Translations under genes and position numbers: made by a program
Origin: a virus
Lineage: Duplodnaviria; Caudoviricetes
Length of the DNA stretch: 64,000 nucleotides
Direction: 5' to 3' (one strand)
Virus record (IMG/VR): IMGVR_UViG_3300029288_004596
Span: 152,900-216,899 of that record
Notes under the pieces: generated by a model
Seen by the model: only the letters and a program-made list of their open reading frames with translations
Told to the model about the DNA's origin: nothing
The model's database searches: none
Shown: piece after piece, positions 61,743-64,000 of the stretch
Layout: the number at the start of each line of letters is the position of its first letter
Position numbering within the stretch: position 1 is the first letter of the stretch

Positions 61743-63465
61743 CTTTGGTCTCCCATCCAGGAACTGGTTCTATTATCATATTCTCTCTGAACTCTTCTCT
61801 GGGGAGATAAGGTTGCTGATCCTCTATAGGGTCTGCCCACCCAAGTCTGGGTTTGAAATCATAATAGCCTACAGTGTTTAACTCATAAAGATGTGGACCA
61901 TCAGGAAGTTCTTCCAGGGCTCTGTCCAGTTCCTCTAAAGTGTTTATCTTCTGTCCAGGAATCCCATAGGCTTTAGCCACTTCCACAAAGTCAGGCATTT
62001 CCAGTCCATGTTCTTTATCAGTGCCGGCGTAGTTGCATCCGCAGTTGGTATCCCTGTAAAGTTTAGTTATCCCAAACCCATTGTTGTTGCTCACAAAGAT
62101 TACTATAGGGAGATTTAGTTTTTTGAGGGTCTGCAGTTCTTGTATATTAAAGTTAAAACCTCCATCCCCAGTAACGCATATAACTTTTCGTCCTGTGGCT
62201 ATGGCAGCTCCTATAGACGCTGGGAGAGAATAACCTAGAGCCGCGTTCCCATTGTTGGAAAAGATGATCTGTCCTTCCTTGGCTTCAAAGGCTTGGCTGA
62301 CAGCTACGCATGTTCCTCCTATGTCTAGGACTACTATGTAATCCTTAGTTAGTTTTCTGGATAACTTCTTGGCGAAGGAGTAGGGATTAAGGCTATCTTC
62401 TGGAGCCGGGACTCTATACTTTTCTTTCCAGTCATGGACTCTGGCTACCCAGTTCTCTATCCCTTCTTTCTTTTCTCCTGGGACTTTCCTTATAAAGTCC
62501 CATGGGTCTGCTACTATGTCATAGTCTATCCTTACTTGGTTCTGCCTCAGCTTAGGAGGATTTATATCTAGGACTACCTTTATAGCGTTTCTAGCAAAGG
62601 TGTCTATTCTTCCTCCAACTATTCTTCCGGAGATTCTGGAACCTATGGCTATGAGCAAGTCGCAGTTCTGTATGGCAAAGTTTCTGCCATCTCCCCCATA
62701 AGTGCCCACTCTCCCTCCATACAGGGGATGGTCATCTCCTGAAAAATCCATAGCGTTCCAGGTTTCCACAAATGGGATTCCTAGTTTCTCTATGTGTCTT
62801 AGAAGACCTGTGGCTGAAGATATCTTGACTCCCCCGCCTATTAGGAACAGAGGTCTCTTGGATTCCTTAATCAGTTCAACTACTTTATCTAAGGGTTGAG
62901 TATCCTTGCGCTTTTGTATTTTATAGTGTTTTAGAGTTTCCTCTTCCACTTCCATTTTCTGTATATCCATGGGAATATCCAAAAGGACTGGTCCCGGTCT
63001 TCCATAGTTAGCCAGATGCCAAGCTTTCTCAAGTTCATAAGCTATATCCTTTGGATCAGTTATCATCTTAGAGTACTTGGTGATAGAGTTGACTATAGAA
63101 GCTATTTCTGTTTCCTGAAAACCTACCTGCCTCTGGTCAGGGTGGGTCTTCATGAATCTTGTGTTTATATTTCCAGTAATGAATATCCCTGGTATGGAAT
63201 CATAGTAGGAAGTGGCTATGCCAGTAACCAGATTGAGAGCTCCTGGTCCAGAGGTGGCTATCATAGCTGACGCCCGTCCAGAGGCTTTGAAGTATCCATC
63301 CACCATGAAGGCCCCAGCCTGCTCATGGAGGGGACAGTAGTAGTTCATCTCTTCAGATGCGCTGACTATCAGCCTTGCGGCTGCCGATCCATCCACAAAG
63401 AATATATCTTTTACTCCTTTGTCTTTCAGGAATCTAGCTATATAACTGGATACTGGTATCTTCAT
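61729..63465 (-). CDS. TPP-dependent enzyme (acetolactate-synthase/YerE-like)
   Basis: HEQAG, TSGPG, GFQE, GRPGPV, GDGG...NN TPP motif; in sugar cluster. Confidence 0.88.
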   Translation of the reverse strand: MKIPVSSYIARFLKDKGVKDIFFVDGSAAARLIVSASEEMNYYCPLHEQAGAFMVDGYFKASGRASAMIATSGPGALNLVTGIATSYYDSIPGIFITGNINTRFMKTHPDQRQVGFQETEIASIVNSITKYSKMITDPKDIAYELEKAWHLANYGRPGPVLLDIPMDIQKMEVEEETLKHYKIQKRKDTQPLDKVVELIKESKRPLFLIGGGVKISSATGLLRHIEKLGIPFVETWNAMDFSGDDHPLYGGRVGTYGGDGRNFAIQNCDLLIAIGSRISGRIVGGRIDTFARNAIKVVLDINPPKLRQNQVRIDYDIVADPWDFIRKVPGEKKEGIENWVARVHDWKEKYRVPAPEDSLNPYSFAKKLSRKLTKDYIVVLDIGGTCVAVSQAFEAKEGQIIFSNNGNAALGYSLPASIGAAIATGRKVICVTGDGGFNFNIQELQTLKKLNLPIVIFVSNNNGFGITKLYRDTNCGCNYAGTDKEHGLEMPDFVEVAKAYGIPGQKINTLEELDRALEELPDGPHLYELNTVGYYDFKPRLGWADPIEDQQPYLPREEFRENMIIEPVPGWETKDECV

Positions 63466-63932
63466 TAGAGTCCTACTCCGCCACCATATAAATTAGCTGG
63501 ACTAACTGGTCTTTTGATATCCAGCATCACTTCTACCGCCAGCAGCATCTTGAGAAACTCAGGGGTAATTGACATCCCTATCTGCATGGCCTGGAGTTTC
63601 TTAAATACTCCGTTGCTCTGGAAGTGCTGGGTTAGCCAGTTAGAGTCAATCTCAGACCTTGTAAGTATCTTTAGCGTCGGCACCTGGTTGTGAGGGGCCA
63701 GCTGTATGGACTGTCTTATTCCCAGGTCTGTCTGCACATCCTCTGAGAAGATGTAGCTGTAGTACCACTCCATAAATGTTTCTTCGCACGCTGGGTTGAA
63801 GAGTATAACCCCTATCTGTTCTCCTCTTCCAATCAAATCCAGTATGGTCTTTCCTGTGTTTTCCAGGAACTTCTGTCTTTCTTCTTCTGGCATAGCCAGG
63901 ATTGGATCTACCATTTCGTCTGTCATAGTCAC
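63465..63932 (-). CDS. hypothetical; paralog of 55445 ORF
   Basis: ETFMEWYY...IQLAP...TRS...WL..HF...LLAVE. Confidence 0.7.
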   Translation of the reverse strand: MTMTDEMVDPILAMPEEERQKFLENTGKTILDLIGRGEQIGVILFNPACEETFMEWYYSYIFSEDVQTDLGIRQSIQLAPHNQVPTLKILTRSEIDSNWLTQHFQSNGVFKKLQAMQIGMSITPEFLKMLLAVEVMLDIKRPVSPANLYGGGVGL

Positions 63933-64000
63933 CTCTTGAAGTCTATACTTAACATTTCTTTAACTGTGGCTAGCGCTCCATCTCCAAACTTCTGTACTAT

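Overview
This window looks like part of a large bacteriophage genome, with no structural genes or tRNAs visible. It has sigma70-type promoters, bacterial-type replication genes and two sigma-like ORFs. Genes run on + from 1 to about 54.6 kb and on - after that. (1) 827-12862 is an almost gap-free tandem array of 71 small paralogous ORFs (41-97 aa), read by hand because most fall below the ORF-track cutoff. The cores are hypervariable, the N-termini share D-x-C-x3-E, and every member ends [R/K]-x-x-x-G-stop. Most are chained by an 8-nt NTGGNTRR start/stop overlap. An ankyrin protein and a MoxR-AAA/vWA pair follow directly. (2) 21.9-25.3 kb is a complete phage-encoded ubiquitin-like operon: JAB protease, ThiF/E1, Ubl ending KG-N, GroES and an E2-like protein. 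(3) Three further paralog clusters (7 KOW/SH3-like, 8 DnaJ-type Zn-finger, 4 unknown) mostly end in [LYW]EE. (4) Two structured non-coding RNA candidates lie at 31.55-31.77 kb and 34.68-34.77 kb. (5) A replication and nucleotide-metabolism module contains NrdJ, RecA, UDG, HolA/DnaX/DnaN, primase, UvrD, PolA, ThyA, dUTPase, three SSBs and an MT-A70 methyltransferase. (6) A minus-strand nucleotide-sugar cluster is compatible with branched 3,6-dideoxysugar synthesis. All family calls rest on motif recognition, not database searches.
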